Of a DNA stretch of 64,000 bases, positions 53,744 to 64,000 are shown in pieces. Each line of letters starts with the position of its first letter. Within the stretch, counting starts at the first letter, position 1. The DNA lies in assembly GCA_002633005.1 (NCBI GenBank), contig NMRA01000403.1, positions 272,309 through 336,308 of the forward strand, in the 5' to 3' direction. The notes under the pieces were generated by a model. The model saw only the letters and a list, made by a program, of their open reading frames with translations. It was not told the origin of the DNA and did not search any database. The position numbers and the translations under genes were made by a program. Source of the stretch: Phoronis australis (taxonomy: Eukaryota > Animalia > Phoronida).

Positions 53744-55884
53744 CCCCTAAATTCGCCTATGGTGTGTACCACGCGTGCTGAAATATGTCCCCTTAAATGT
53801 TCTGATTGACACTGTTTAACTTTTAGAAAACCCACAAATCATCAACAACCTTATTGTTGACTCCGTTCATTTAGGCCCACCACGATGCTATTTCGGAAAC
53901 ATCGTTTGAGATTTCAAACCATGGGCCCTGTTTAATAATCCTGTTTTCGGAAATTCCTGGTAATCATCTAAAGTGACCTTTACAACTAATACCCTATGCG
54001 AACACACAAAGCATCCCCGTTACGATGTTTTATAAATATTTGAATTTTTGTCTAAGCTTGTTTTTCAAAGAGTTTCGCATGGGGATTTTTGGCAACGTCT
54101 CTTCGGAAATTCTTCGTCCTAGTAGAAAGCGTTTCTTGAGCAACGTAGACATGAATTACTTCAGCACACTATCGGGTTTTTCGTTTTGTAGATTTCGTTA
54201 TAAAAAAATTATCCCAGAGATATATAAATCATTGCGCACTATTTTTGAGCACTGAAGCTTATTGTATTTTTTCAGAATGTAGTCTTAATGTTAAGGAGCT
54301 CCACGTTTCTCCATCGTTTGGGAGTTAGCCCCCGGACGAGATGAGCGCAATACAAGAACAGTATACAACACTGGTGCAATTGGTATTCTAGTGTTTTTCA
54401 ATTTTTTTCAATCATACTTTACTCCGGAGTGGAAGCTGAGTCTACGGTGACAAGAGTCGGACGTGCACTGCGTTTTTATACGTCACGAGATTTTTTGCAC
54501 GAAATTTCCTTAGCTTTAGTTTTTCTTTTTCTATTAAACGACGAGGCCAAACGGCATAATTCGTCAATCTGGTCAACGCACACACAATTTTTGCAAAAAC
54601 TACAAGTTATGTTAAGAATTTTTTTCGTTAAAAAGAAAAAGTTATTTCCACAATACTTCAGTGGGTGGACTTCAGATATTTTTAAAAAACGAAAAGGTAT
54701 GGCCACACTCCATGGCTGACAGCCAGGGCATTTTTGTTTTTGAAAAAAAAATACCGTATCTACCCACCAATTTTCAAAACAACAGACCAGAGCCTAAAAT
54801 ATACCCTTTTGGCTAATTATAAAATCGAGGACATGATGTTTCTTATACGTCCACCAAAAAAGTGGTCAAGATCCCTGTTGCAAGTCACAATTCCTAGAAA
54901 TATTTTTCCTGTTATTTCAGTTTTAATATATACGATGATACACGGCCCTCCCAACCCTAAGTCACCAAAATTACAAGCATTNCCCCCCTAAATCCGCCTA
55001 TGGTGTGTACCATGCGTGCTGAATTATGTCCCCTTAAAGATTCTGATTGACACTGTTTAACTTTTAGAAAACCCACAAATCATAAACAACCTTATTGTTG
55101 ACTCCGTTCATTTAGGCCCACTGTGCAATTTCGGAAACATCATTTGGGATTTAAACCATGGGCCCTGTTTAATAATCCTGTTTTCGGAAATTCCTGGTAA
55201 TCGTCTAAAATGACCTTTACAACTAATACTCTATGCGAACACACAAAGCAATCCTTTTACAAAGATGTTTCATAAATATTTGAATTTTTGTCTAAGTATA
55301 CTGTACCACACTGGTGCAATTGGTATTCTAGTGTTTTTTAACTTTTTTCAATCATACACCCTGTACTTTACTCCGGAGTGGAAGCCGAGTCTATGGTGAC
55401 AAGAGTCGGACATGCACTCTGTTTTGATACATCACGAGATTTTTTGCACAAAATTTCCTAGCTTTAGTTTTTCTTTTTCTACTACACGACGAGGCCAAAC
55501 GGCATAATTCGTCAATCTGGTCAACGCCCACATAATTTTTGCAACAACTACTTACAAGATATGTTAAGAATTTTTTTGTAAAAAAGAAAAAGTTATTTCC
55601 ACAATACTTCAGTGGGTGGACACTCCATGGCTGACATTTTTGTTTTTGAAAAAAAATACCGTATCTACCCACCAATTTTCAAAACAACAGACCAGAGCCT
55701 AAAATATACCCTTTTGGCTAATTATAAAATCGAGGACATGATGTTTCTTATACGTCCACCAAAGTGGTCCACATTCCTGTTGCAAGTCACAATTCCTAGA
55801 AATATTTTTCCTGTTATTTCAGTTTTAATATATACGATGATACACGGTCCTCCCACCCGTAAGTCACCAAAAATTACAAGCATT
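53744..55884. repeat. Tandem duplication across the N at 54982 (two haplotypes)
   Basis: 53744-54981 versus 54983-55884. The first copy carries a ~300-bp insertion (~54057-54360). Confidence 0.85.
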
Positions 55885-56627
55885 GCTGGAAGATGTGTCT
55901 ATTTACAAGTATTTACAACTGTACAATTCATGGTCGCCCTTGGCAACCCCCAACAATCGAAATTACCTATCCACACAATGTTGTAATCAATACAATTCAA
56001 CCAGTTCGTGATACCGCCTAATCAATAGGTACATCTGTCTCTTTAACTCCACTGTTTATCAATAAGTGCCACAATGAAGTTTTTATTAATTAATTAATTA
56101 ATATGGCCACACAGGCAGAAGGCATTTGATGCAATCAATACCACTTGGATACAACGACTGTGTAACACTGGTAAGGACCTTCAGTCTATATGTTCATCAA
56201 AGTGGACCTTACTCCAATGAAAAACGAACTCTTTGTACCAAACAAAACAAAACATTCAAATTGCTTTAGTAAACTTTCAGTGGACCTATTATCTAGTAAA
56301 TCTACAGCTAATAGTTTGTACATATTTATAAATATAATTGAGCAATTGAAATAAAAAAATTGGCATATATACTGTACAACAGGAACAGAGAGACATGGAT
56401 TATAATGAGACGCCCCTTTTTTAACATATAATTGAAAAAATATATTGCATCTATTGAAAAATAAATAAACTTTTGGAATGACGCACCTTGTATTTGAATA
56501 AGAAACAGTTATGCCATCGTTTTTGAGAGCTTTTAGAAATCCGTTACGAATAACTGACATGATCTGAGAGCAACTGAACACAAAATCTCCGTAGCAATAA
56601 ATAATTTTAGGTATACGAGTATTCTTG

Positions 56628-56756
56628 TTAGTTCTTGGCTGGTTCATAGATGCCATGCCCGTGTAAGCCCTGTCGGCCGACTCTGTCAAACTCATGGGAC
56701 TGGAAGGCAGCAGACTTGGCGTTCTCACTTCTAAATGACTCCAAGTGAGGCTTGGC
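56628..56756 (-). CDS. CFAP77: CFAP77 last exon (AKPHLESFRSENAKSAAFQSHEFDRVGRQGLHGHGIYEPAKN*)
   Basis: ttgcag acceptor. HLxxF...RQG...GxY C-terminus. The six exons sum to 774 nt, giving 257 aa plus stop. Confidence 0.92.
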   Translation of the reverse strand, partial: AKPHLESFRSENAKSAAFQSHEFDRVGRQGLHGHGIYEPAKN

Positions 56757-57565
56757 CTGCAACATGAGCAGAAATATGCATAAGTCACGGTACACGGCAA
56801 AAGAAGTCAGACAAAATACCATTTCCCATTACGACATCTAATTACGTTAACTGCAAAAATGACTGGTTAGAGCTATTAGTGGGGCAAAATTTTGATTACA
56901 AAATGGCTTCTCCACCTTGCAAACATCCCTGTTCATTTTCGTCTATTCATGAGCAGTGTGGCTGTTTTACTTCCATTAAAAAGATGCAAAACCATGTTGT
57001 TTTAGCCCATGAACAAATATCTCTCACAACTAAATGACTTAAACCCTCAAAACACATTGACAATCTGTAACCCTCGTCAAGCCTCAAAACTTTGGAAGAA
57101 AATGACTAATCCGTACGAAGTCTTTTAAATTAGAAAACATAACTTTAAGGTTTTGAGTGAGTTAATGTTTTAGGCAGAATGTGAGTCCAACTTCAACAAC
57201 TTCCAACAAAGACGGTAAAAGTTTAGAATAACTATGCTTTTAACGCCCACAACTACGCATGAAAGGGCCCAAAATACATTCTGTGGATGCAAACAATCGC
57301 AAAGCACTTGTGGTGAAAATTTTTGCTAATGGAAAGGAAATAGTGAATTCAATCAGCATCAATCTTTCAACATTTCAAGCTCAACCACAAATCATCATCA
57401 TGGCAACTACTTTGTTAGTTCAACCAGATTAGATCCACAGTATACTTACAAAACACTGCGCCTCATTTTGAGTTACTTTGTTTATTTTCAAATTAAAATC
57501 TACAATACGAAGCCCCGTTTCGGGTGAAATCACAAAAAGTGCTAAGTAAATTTTTTAAAACTTAC

Positions 57566-57673
57566 CCGTCGCGAAAATTTAGGCATTTGCCACAGTGGTC
57601 GATCTTCCACAGGATTCTGATAGACTCGAAGTAGAGAAGCTCTGGTCTCGTAAATTTTTTGATTCTTTTTCTT
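57566..57673 (-). CDS. CFAP77: CFAP77 exon 5 (KKKNQKIYETRASLLRVYQNPVEDRPLWQMPKFSRR)
   Basis: YETR...LWxMPxF motif. Bounded by ttgcag and gtaagt, 108 nt. Confidence 0.93.
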
Positions 57674-58232
57674 CTGCAATAGATTTAAAACAGAATTTCA
57701 ATGCAAAGAAATAGAACAATGAATCCAACTGCTTTATCCAATTGGATTGACAGCGGGCTTTCCACAATTTCAACGTAGTTGTACTGAAATCAGAAGCTGC
57801 AGCGTATTAACATAATTGCCAGAATGACCAGTTTTCAATTTTCAAAGACTTTTAATTACGTTGTGAAAGCGCACAACATTCCGGTGGTCTATTGGTAGAT
57901 ACAGCATGGAAATGAAAAATAATTATTTATTTCTTGTTTTATACTTTCAAAAAATAAAAAAGAAAAATTCTACTTTTTCGTCATACTGCTCTCTTAATTG
58001 GTGATGAATTGCCATAATCATTTCAGAATTTGCACATAAATTGTAACACTCATGGATCTAGGAATACACAAGAGAGATGCGATTCAATTCAGCAGACTGC
58101 TGTAATAACCTGCAACCAACATTTGGCCACCATTTTTGCCCGATTTATTGTTTCGTCGTGCCCAAAGGGAGGGGCGAGAGCTGTGTGCCCTGGCCTCCCC
58201 AATGCGCCTTTACATGAGACAATCTGACATAC

Positions 58233-58335
58233 CTGCACCTGCTGAGCTCTAGCTTCCAGGTCCTGCTGCCTTTGCTCTGACAACCATTTGTCTTGGTATT
58301 TGTGTTCAAGCAGTTCAAAGATGGGTGTTGAAGGT
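58233..58335 (-). CDS. CFAP77: CFAP77 exon 4 (R-PSTPIFELLEHKYQDKWLSEQRQQDLEARAQQVQ)
   Basis: RPSTP-FxLLxHxY motif. Bounded by cgcag and gtatgt, 103 nt. Confidence 0.93.
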
Positions 58336-58654
58336 CTGCGAATAACACAATTTGGTTTAACAGAGCAATGTGAATGCAGATGTGCTTCAGATGATTAGAG
58401 TGGGTGCATAATATCTGGATATTATCTGCAAACTATGCAAACTTAGTTTTCATAGAGAGATGATAAACGAGAAGACATGAAAATTACTACGTAAACATTT
58501 AAGCTACTGAGTACGTACATTGCTGGGGCACTTTACACTGAAATTCACAAATGGGAACAGAGCTTGATAGAATACTCTAACGTACCATGATGGGAACATA
58601 AACTTTAGACAAGAACTGGGAATATGTACTAAAAATATAAATGTTAATAATTAC

Positions 58655-58892
58655 CTGGTAGAGACCCCAAATACCATAGTGGGAGGGAGTCGTCGTGTTC
58701 GTCTTGTCCCTGGCAACCTATCCTCTGTTGTTTTACGAATATCATGGGTGGCCCTGAACTGTGATTGGTCAATGGCATTAGTAAGCCCTGCCTCTAGCGC
58801 CGCCTTGTTGAGTTTAGCAAAGTCTCTTACGGTCTTTTCTTTCTTTTTATGATGGAATGGCAACGAGACTGTCGGTGTGTATCCACTCAGCA
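58655..58892 (-). CDS. CFAP77: CFAP77 exon 3 (...RDFAKLNKAALEAGLTNAIDQSQFRATHDIR...LPPTMVFGVST)
   Basis: Bounded by ttttgcag and gtaatt, 238 nt, phase 1-2. Conserved CFAP77 core. Confidence 0.93.
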
Positions 58893-59411
58893 CTGCAAAA
58901 ACAGTCATCAGTGATATAGTGCACACCACTATCTTATTGGAGATTAGAGCAATTACCGAACATAAAAGAGCTGGCCGTTCATCCCTAAATGCCAGAATGG
59001 AGTTAATCAGTCATGTAGGATATTGGCTGCAGGCTTCCCAACTTGTTGTTGGGCTATAGAATCGAACAAGTTGGGAGCAACGGAAAAATGCCATAATGTG
59101 TTTACACATCATAATCATGCGCGCACCGCTTTTTTGTTACCAAAAGGTCCACATCAGGAATTCGAGCCCCCGCACATTGAAGGCTGGGTGCGCGCATGAT
59201 AATGAAGAGGATGCGTGATTTTTTTGTGGAGACACAATCGCCAGGTGTGCAGTCGAAGAGGCAATTCCCAAATAAAATAAAAAACAACATCCTGCGTCCG
59301 TACAAGTGAAGCCCACGTGTATGTTGCATTTCCAATCATATATTCGAGCATGTACTTGCGCTTATGTCGATCCCTACTGTATCTTTTTACAGAGAGTGTC
59401 ACATGACTTAC

Positions 59412-59508
59412 ATTCAGCCACGCCAAACTCGCGTTCTGCTTGAGGTTGTCCGAAGACAAAGTCTTGTGGAATACTATATCCTCTCCGCATGGGGCGTCCA
59501 AGCTCACT
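59412..59508 (-). CDS. CFAP77: CFAP77 exon 2 (SELGRPMRRGYSIPQDFVFGQPQAEREFGVAE)
   Basis: Bounded by ttttcag and gtaagt, 97 nt. Matches AELGKPRERSYSLP...GVPEA. Confidence 0.9.
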
Positions 59509-60073
59509 CTGAAAACACATACGAAACAGTTACTACCATTCACCCAGATTTGAAAAACTGACTGTGGTAATCATTTGAACTGGCCTGAAATATGTAAGTA
59601 ATAAGAGCTATACAGTTAGATATTGTGCATCGAAATGATTTCACAATTGTCTCTTGGTCTTGCCATGGCATAAAAACATATCCAAATAAGTTAGCCAGGA
59701 AGGTGTTTGACATGAAATAGGTATTCACAGGGTTAACAGCAAAAATGACTGTTACTATACACACAATTTTCGCTCTTCTAAAATCAGAGCAATTTCGAAG
59801 CAAACATTTCCTGAGTATTGACTATTGTATGCAGCTCAATTCAAAACAAAATATCAAACTTCAAAATCACATCAATTACACAAAATTACGGACCTGGACA
59901 GACGTACATTTAGATTTACTATAACATGATGTTTCACATTTCAAAAAGCTAAAGTAACGTTTATGACTACAAAAACAGGCCGATTTCAAGATTGCCAGAC
60001 GACGGCCCGGTGTGATTAAAAACAAAACAGTCAGAGGCGTGATTTACTCGTTTTCCCGCAAAAATCGCCTTAC

Positions 60074-60172
60074 CCTTAAATGTAGTTGGTTTATCAGCAT
60101 CGTATCGCGTTTATCTCCCAATATTCCTGTAGCAGTGTTCTGAAACTGGTATGTACTCGTTGACGCAGCCAT
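60074..60172 (-). CDS. CFAP77: CFAP77 coding exon 1 (MAASTSTYQFQNTATGILGDKRDTMLINQLHLR)
   Basis: accATGG Kozak context. LGDKRDTMLIN resembles CFAP77 LGVVRDSMFQN. gtaagg donor, phase 0. Confidence 0.85.
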
Positions 60173-60277
60173 GGTTGTAAATTAGGTTCGGCAAACGAAA
60201 AGAAATCTATCACAACTGATCCACACGTTCTTGTTCGCGATGTTTTGTGATTGCTTGTGCTTACAATGCCAAGCTTT

Positions 60278-60291
60278 GTCGTCCAGGCGAC
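60278..60291. promoter_or_regulatory. RFX X-box-like motif GTCGTCCAGGCGAC in the CFAP77 promoter
   Basis: 14-bp imperfect palindrome about 105 bp upstream of the ATG of a ciliary gene, next to a CACGTGAC E-box (60297-60304). Confidence 0.55.
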
Positions 60292-61560
60292 AGGACCACG
60301 TGACTTCCTGAAACAACTCTCGCGGAGTCGCGTGAGCCTAATCGAGATGTTCTTTTGTTGTCTAAGGTGAATGGCTGCGGTTAATCGCTACGGGTGCGGG
60401 GGTACTTCCCAAAGAGTTTTTGGTAGGGACTTGCGACCTATCCGTCATTTTATCTGTCTCGTACCATTTCGGATAGTTTTGCCTTTTGGGATATCGGTAC
60501 GTAAACAGAAGAGAGTAATCGGGATGGTGTTCACTGCCACTGACTGGTGCCGGTTCGGCGAAACGGTCCTCAGTCTCGACCAGGGCACGGGTTGCTGGGA
60601 ATCAGATTATGTACTTCTAGCAAGTGAGAGAAGGTTTTCAGTTGCCACAATGCCGGAAGGCTAATTTTAACGAGGGAGGGTCAAGTACAGCACGGGTACC
60701 GTTCTCACTACATAAGACGTGCACTTAAAATAATAAGTTGTTCATGATTTAGTGGTATAAGAATTTTTAGCCTATATCCATGTATGGTTTCAAAATCATT
60801 CCGGCGGGAAAAAAAGAACAGTTTGACACATATGGGTCAATTTCATTACCCTACCCTTATTATTAAGGTGGTAGACATATTCGTGTCGTTATAAAGCTGC
60901 GGCATTTCGCTCTACAGGCTAACAACGGAAATAAAATTAAACCGTCGATCTCATAATATACCTCAGTAATTATAGATGGCCAGGATTCGATTTATTACAA
61001 AAATCAAGTAACCACAAGCTAACAGTAATGTTTACGTTTTCTAATTATATAATTAATAAATGTGTATACTTATTTTCCTTGAGTGAAGGTCACCACTTCG
61101 ATATTTTGTTGCTCCCAGAAAAAAAAATCTCACATGGAACATTCAAATGTCACATGTGAGAATGCAATGTTCCATGTGAGAAATGCCCTTTGTCACATGG
61201 AACGTGAGTTTTCAAACGTTAATTACAGCTAATTAAAAGCTCATTTTGCCAAAGTAAATTTTGAAATGACATCACAACTAAAAAGGCTATCTATTGCACC
61301 CACTTTCAATTGAATTGAGTGAAAAAAATTTTTGAGACTTTGTGAAAATCTCATATTATTTTGGAATGCGTTTTTTGTTACCAACGTACAGGCTTTCGAC
61401 GCTTCAAACCTTACTGGAGATGACCAGCCCTAAAATTCCCACCATAAGCATTGTCTGTGAGTGAAATCCTCTCACGATAGTTGCTATTATACCGAGGCCG
61501 ATATCAATAGAATGCTAAAAAACATAATTAAGCCTATATATATAGTTAAGCAGATCGAAA

Positions 61561-61698
61561 CATAGGGGAGAATCCAGGATTTTGAGCTGGGGGGAGGGGC
61601 AGGGTATGAGCCAGGATTATGCAAACTACCAAATGGAATCTGGAAGAATTTTAAGGGGGTATGGTCCTCTTGCCCCCCCCCCCCTAAATCCACCACTG
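61561..61698. mobile_element. hAT-like MITE (degenerate 5-bp TSD)
   Basis: Ends CATAGGGGAGAATCC and TAAATCCACCACTG. Flanks cgaaa and caaaa. Confidence 0.55.
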
Positions 61699-64000
61699 CA
61701 AAACACACTTTGGCAAGCGGACGTCTCTTGTCACTGCGTTGCCCATTTCCGGTGACCGTCGCGAAAACAGTGTACCATCGGGATGTCCGGAATACATGTT
61801 TGTTACTTATCTAAGGACACTTGTATAGCGTGTCCGGATCTCGGGATTAAAGGACAAGACACTCGTTTGCAGGAAATCTAATCACCATGAAAACCCATCC
61901 ATCTGAGCGGCACGCCCAAACGATGATTTCTTTGTGAGAACATTAGCAATTACAATAGCGTTCATACCAGGAAAAAATCCAATGTCCAATTGCATGGCAT
62001 CTACGGTTTTTTTTGTCGCGAAAGCTTGTGGTAAAAATATCAACACATCAAGCGTAGCGGGACGGCCTTCATGATGGTATATGCGCAAACTTCTAATTTT
62101 ACATCCCATCGCCGTAGAATCTCTGATCTGCGACTTTCAACAAAGCGTAAGAACCACAACATACCGTTGGAACGAAAACTTGCACGAAAAATCACTTGCA
62201 CGATGAAAAGCCTGACAAGAGGTCACGGAATTACTAGTACGAACCAAAATGGAAAGGTGTTAAAAGGGTGTGTGGGGGGGCAGTAATTGGTCCCAAATTT
62301 GCGCAAAAATAATGAATTTTTAAACTAAAAAATGAGCAAACAGTGGAAAAACATAAGCTGCACCATCAGATAAATACAAAGTTAAAGAAATACATGTAAA
62401 CCATGCACGGGATTGTGCTTTCAGTCAAAATTCGCCCATGGCCAGAATCTTGTCGTCCAGTACCTCATTTGCGTCAGAATATCACATTTCTCATTAAACT
62501 CCAAGGTGTTACCCCCCTCCTTTCTCGAGACCTACATGTACATTTTTTCGCCCTGGCCCATGACTTCACATACATGTACATGTACAGCTCAGTCAGTAAA
62601 CGCCACATTCTCCGCGGCCAAAACCTGAGCTCATAAAATACCTTTGCCGCATTAAAATCTTACAGTGATTTATTTTAAGAAAGTGTATGATAGCAACATA
62701 GACTGATTGTTTCATAGAAAATCAATACCATTAAGCGACTCGCTGTGTTTCCGCCTCTAAGAATTTGTTAAGATTAAAAATCTTTTAACGATTAATTATC
62801 AAAGCTCAAGAGTTATTTTTCAAGATAGCGATAAGTGTCCGCCACTGGGGTCTGCAAAGGTCATACCCCCAATTCCCCGTCGTCCAAAAAACTAGCCCCT
62901 GCCTCGTCTTGAAGACATATTTATACTTAATTGATAAGTGATAATCATTTATTTTGTTTTCAGTAAAATTTAATTAAAATGGATTGCATTGTGTTTTACC
63001 GCAATATATTTCGGTCTTATAAATTAGCGCATGAGGTCATTCGTTTGGTTGCAGTCACGTGAATAATTAAAATACATACTAATTCAATTTGCAATTTGTC
63101 AGAAATTGAAACCAGGCATGCGAGCCCCGTATTTATATGAATAGAATCTTTTAAACCCCTTTTTCCTAGAACAAAAGACACCGCAATAAACGCGATAAGA
63201 TAAAATGTACCGTTCACAGAATACTTAGCTGCGTGGCTTCGCCTATTGCCCGATCATTTTGTTAAGAGTTGATAAAAACTGAAATCTATGTCTACTACAC
63301 AACCAAAGCACATCGACGATTCCAAACCATACCCCGACTAGTTTCTACTCCTGTAAAACAAGGCAGTTTACTTTGCAACACCGTGCGTCGGGTTCCCCTT
63401 TGTACAGCCTCACGCAATCAAATTGAATTCGGAAACAAGAAAATAAAGAGAAAAAAATGAGCGTGCAAACACGGTGGCTCGTGTCACGCACTTATGATGC
63501 TAATATCATTTATTACTCGCTTACATACAAAACGGAAAGCATTACAATGCGATCAGAGAGAGAATGGTTATTAAACAAGCACGGTTCAACCGGCCGCACC
63601 AATTAAGACAAGTAGCCTGGGCTCTAGCGCCGGTAATTAACAGGCTATGTTTTCCTAATGCATTTAATGTATCGCTTAATTAGATGACGGATTGAGAGGG
63701 GGTAACAGTATGATATTCTGCAAATTATACTTACATACCGCCGTTGGATTTCAGTTAAGTGTACCGTTAATTTACAGCGAAACCGCGCGAGCTCTCGGCG
63801 GAAGGTTAAAATTAGTCCAGTTTGTGCAAAGGCGATTTGCTACATTTTAACCGCCAACAATTTACTTGGAAACTGCAGTTTTCGATATAAGGTCACAAAG
63901 GTTAGTTGGTTCAGGTCTTCCTTAACTCTAAGACCTACGATCACCAACTAAATAAAAAAATTGCGGTTGCTAACTCGGCCAAGGTTTATTTATTATTTAT

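Noticed and set aside
54429-55986. Duplicated ORF pairs as paralogous genes
   Set aside because: They arise from the haplotype duplication across N54982, and indels break their frames.
56186-56800. 204-aa ORF, the longest in the track
   Set aside because: Off-frame overlap of the last CFAP77 exon plus AT-rich 3'UTR. No recognisable domain.

Overview
AT-rich, repeat-rich animal (invertebrate-like) genomic DNA from a draft scaffold. It has single-N joins at 4200, 5561, 7399, 9052, 15749, 19238, 53629 and 54982, and a 95-N gap at 11899-11993. It is not prokaryotic, and most ORFs in the supplied track are spurious. Three spliced genes were reconstructed by hand from GT-AG boundaries and reading phase. 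(1) Argininosuccinate synthase (ASS1): its first three coding exons are on the minus strand (15215-13203) and its later exons on the plus strand (1079-9051), with about 89 internal codons and the C-terminus not found. (2) A complete 3-exon BarH/BARHL homeobox gene (minus, 39238-29658, 325 aa). (3) A complete 6-exon CFAP77 gene (minus, 60172-56628, 257 aa) with an RFX X-box-like promoter motif. CFAP77 directly upstream of BarH in the same orientation matches human CFAP77-BARHL1 on 9q34, and ASS1 is also on 9q34, suggesting ancient microsynteny. The non-coding DNA contains Helentron-like elements with arrays of CTCF-like motifs, a Penelope-like inverted repeat with a hammerhead-like core, hAT-like MITEs with 5-bp TSDs, tRNA-derived SINEs, and tandemly copied splice-donor junctions. 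I found no convincing wholly new protein-coding system. Homology calls rely on recalled reference sequences, not database searches.
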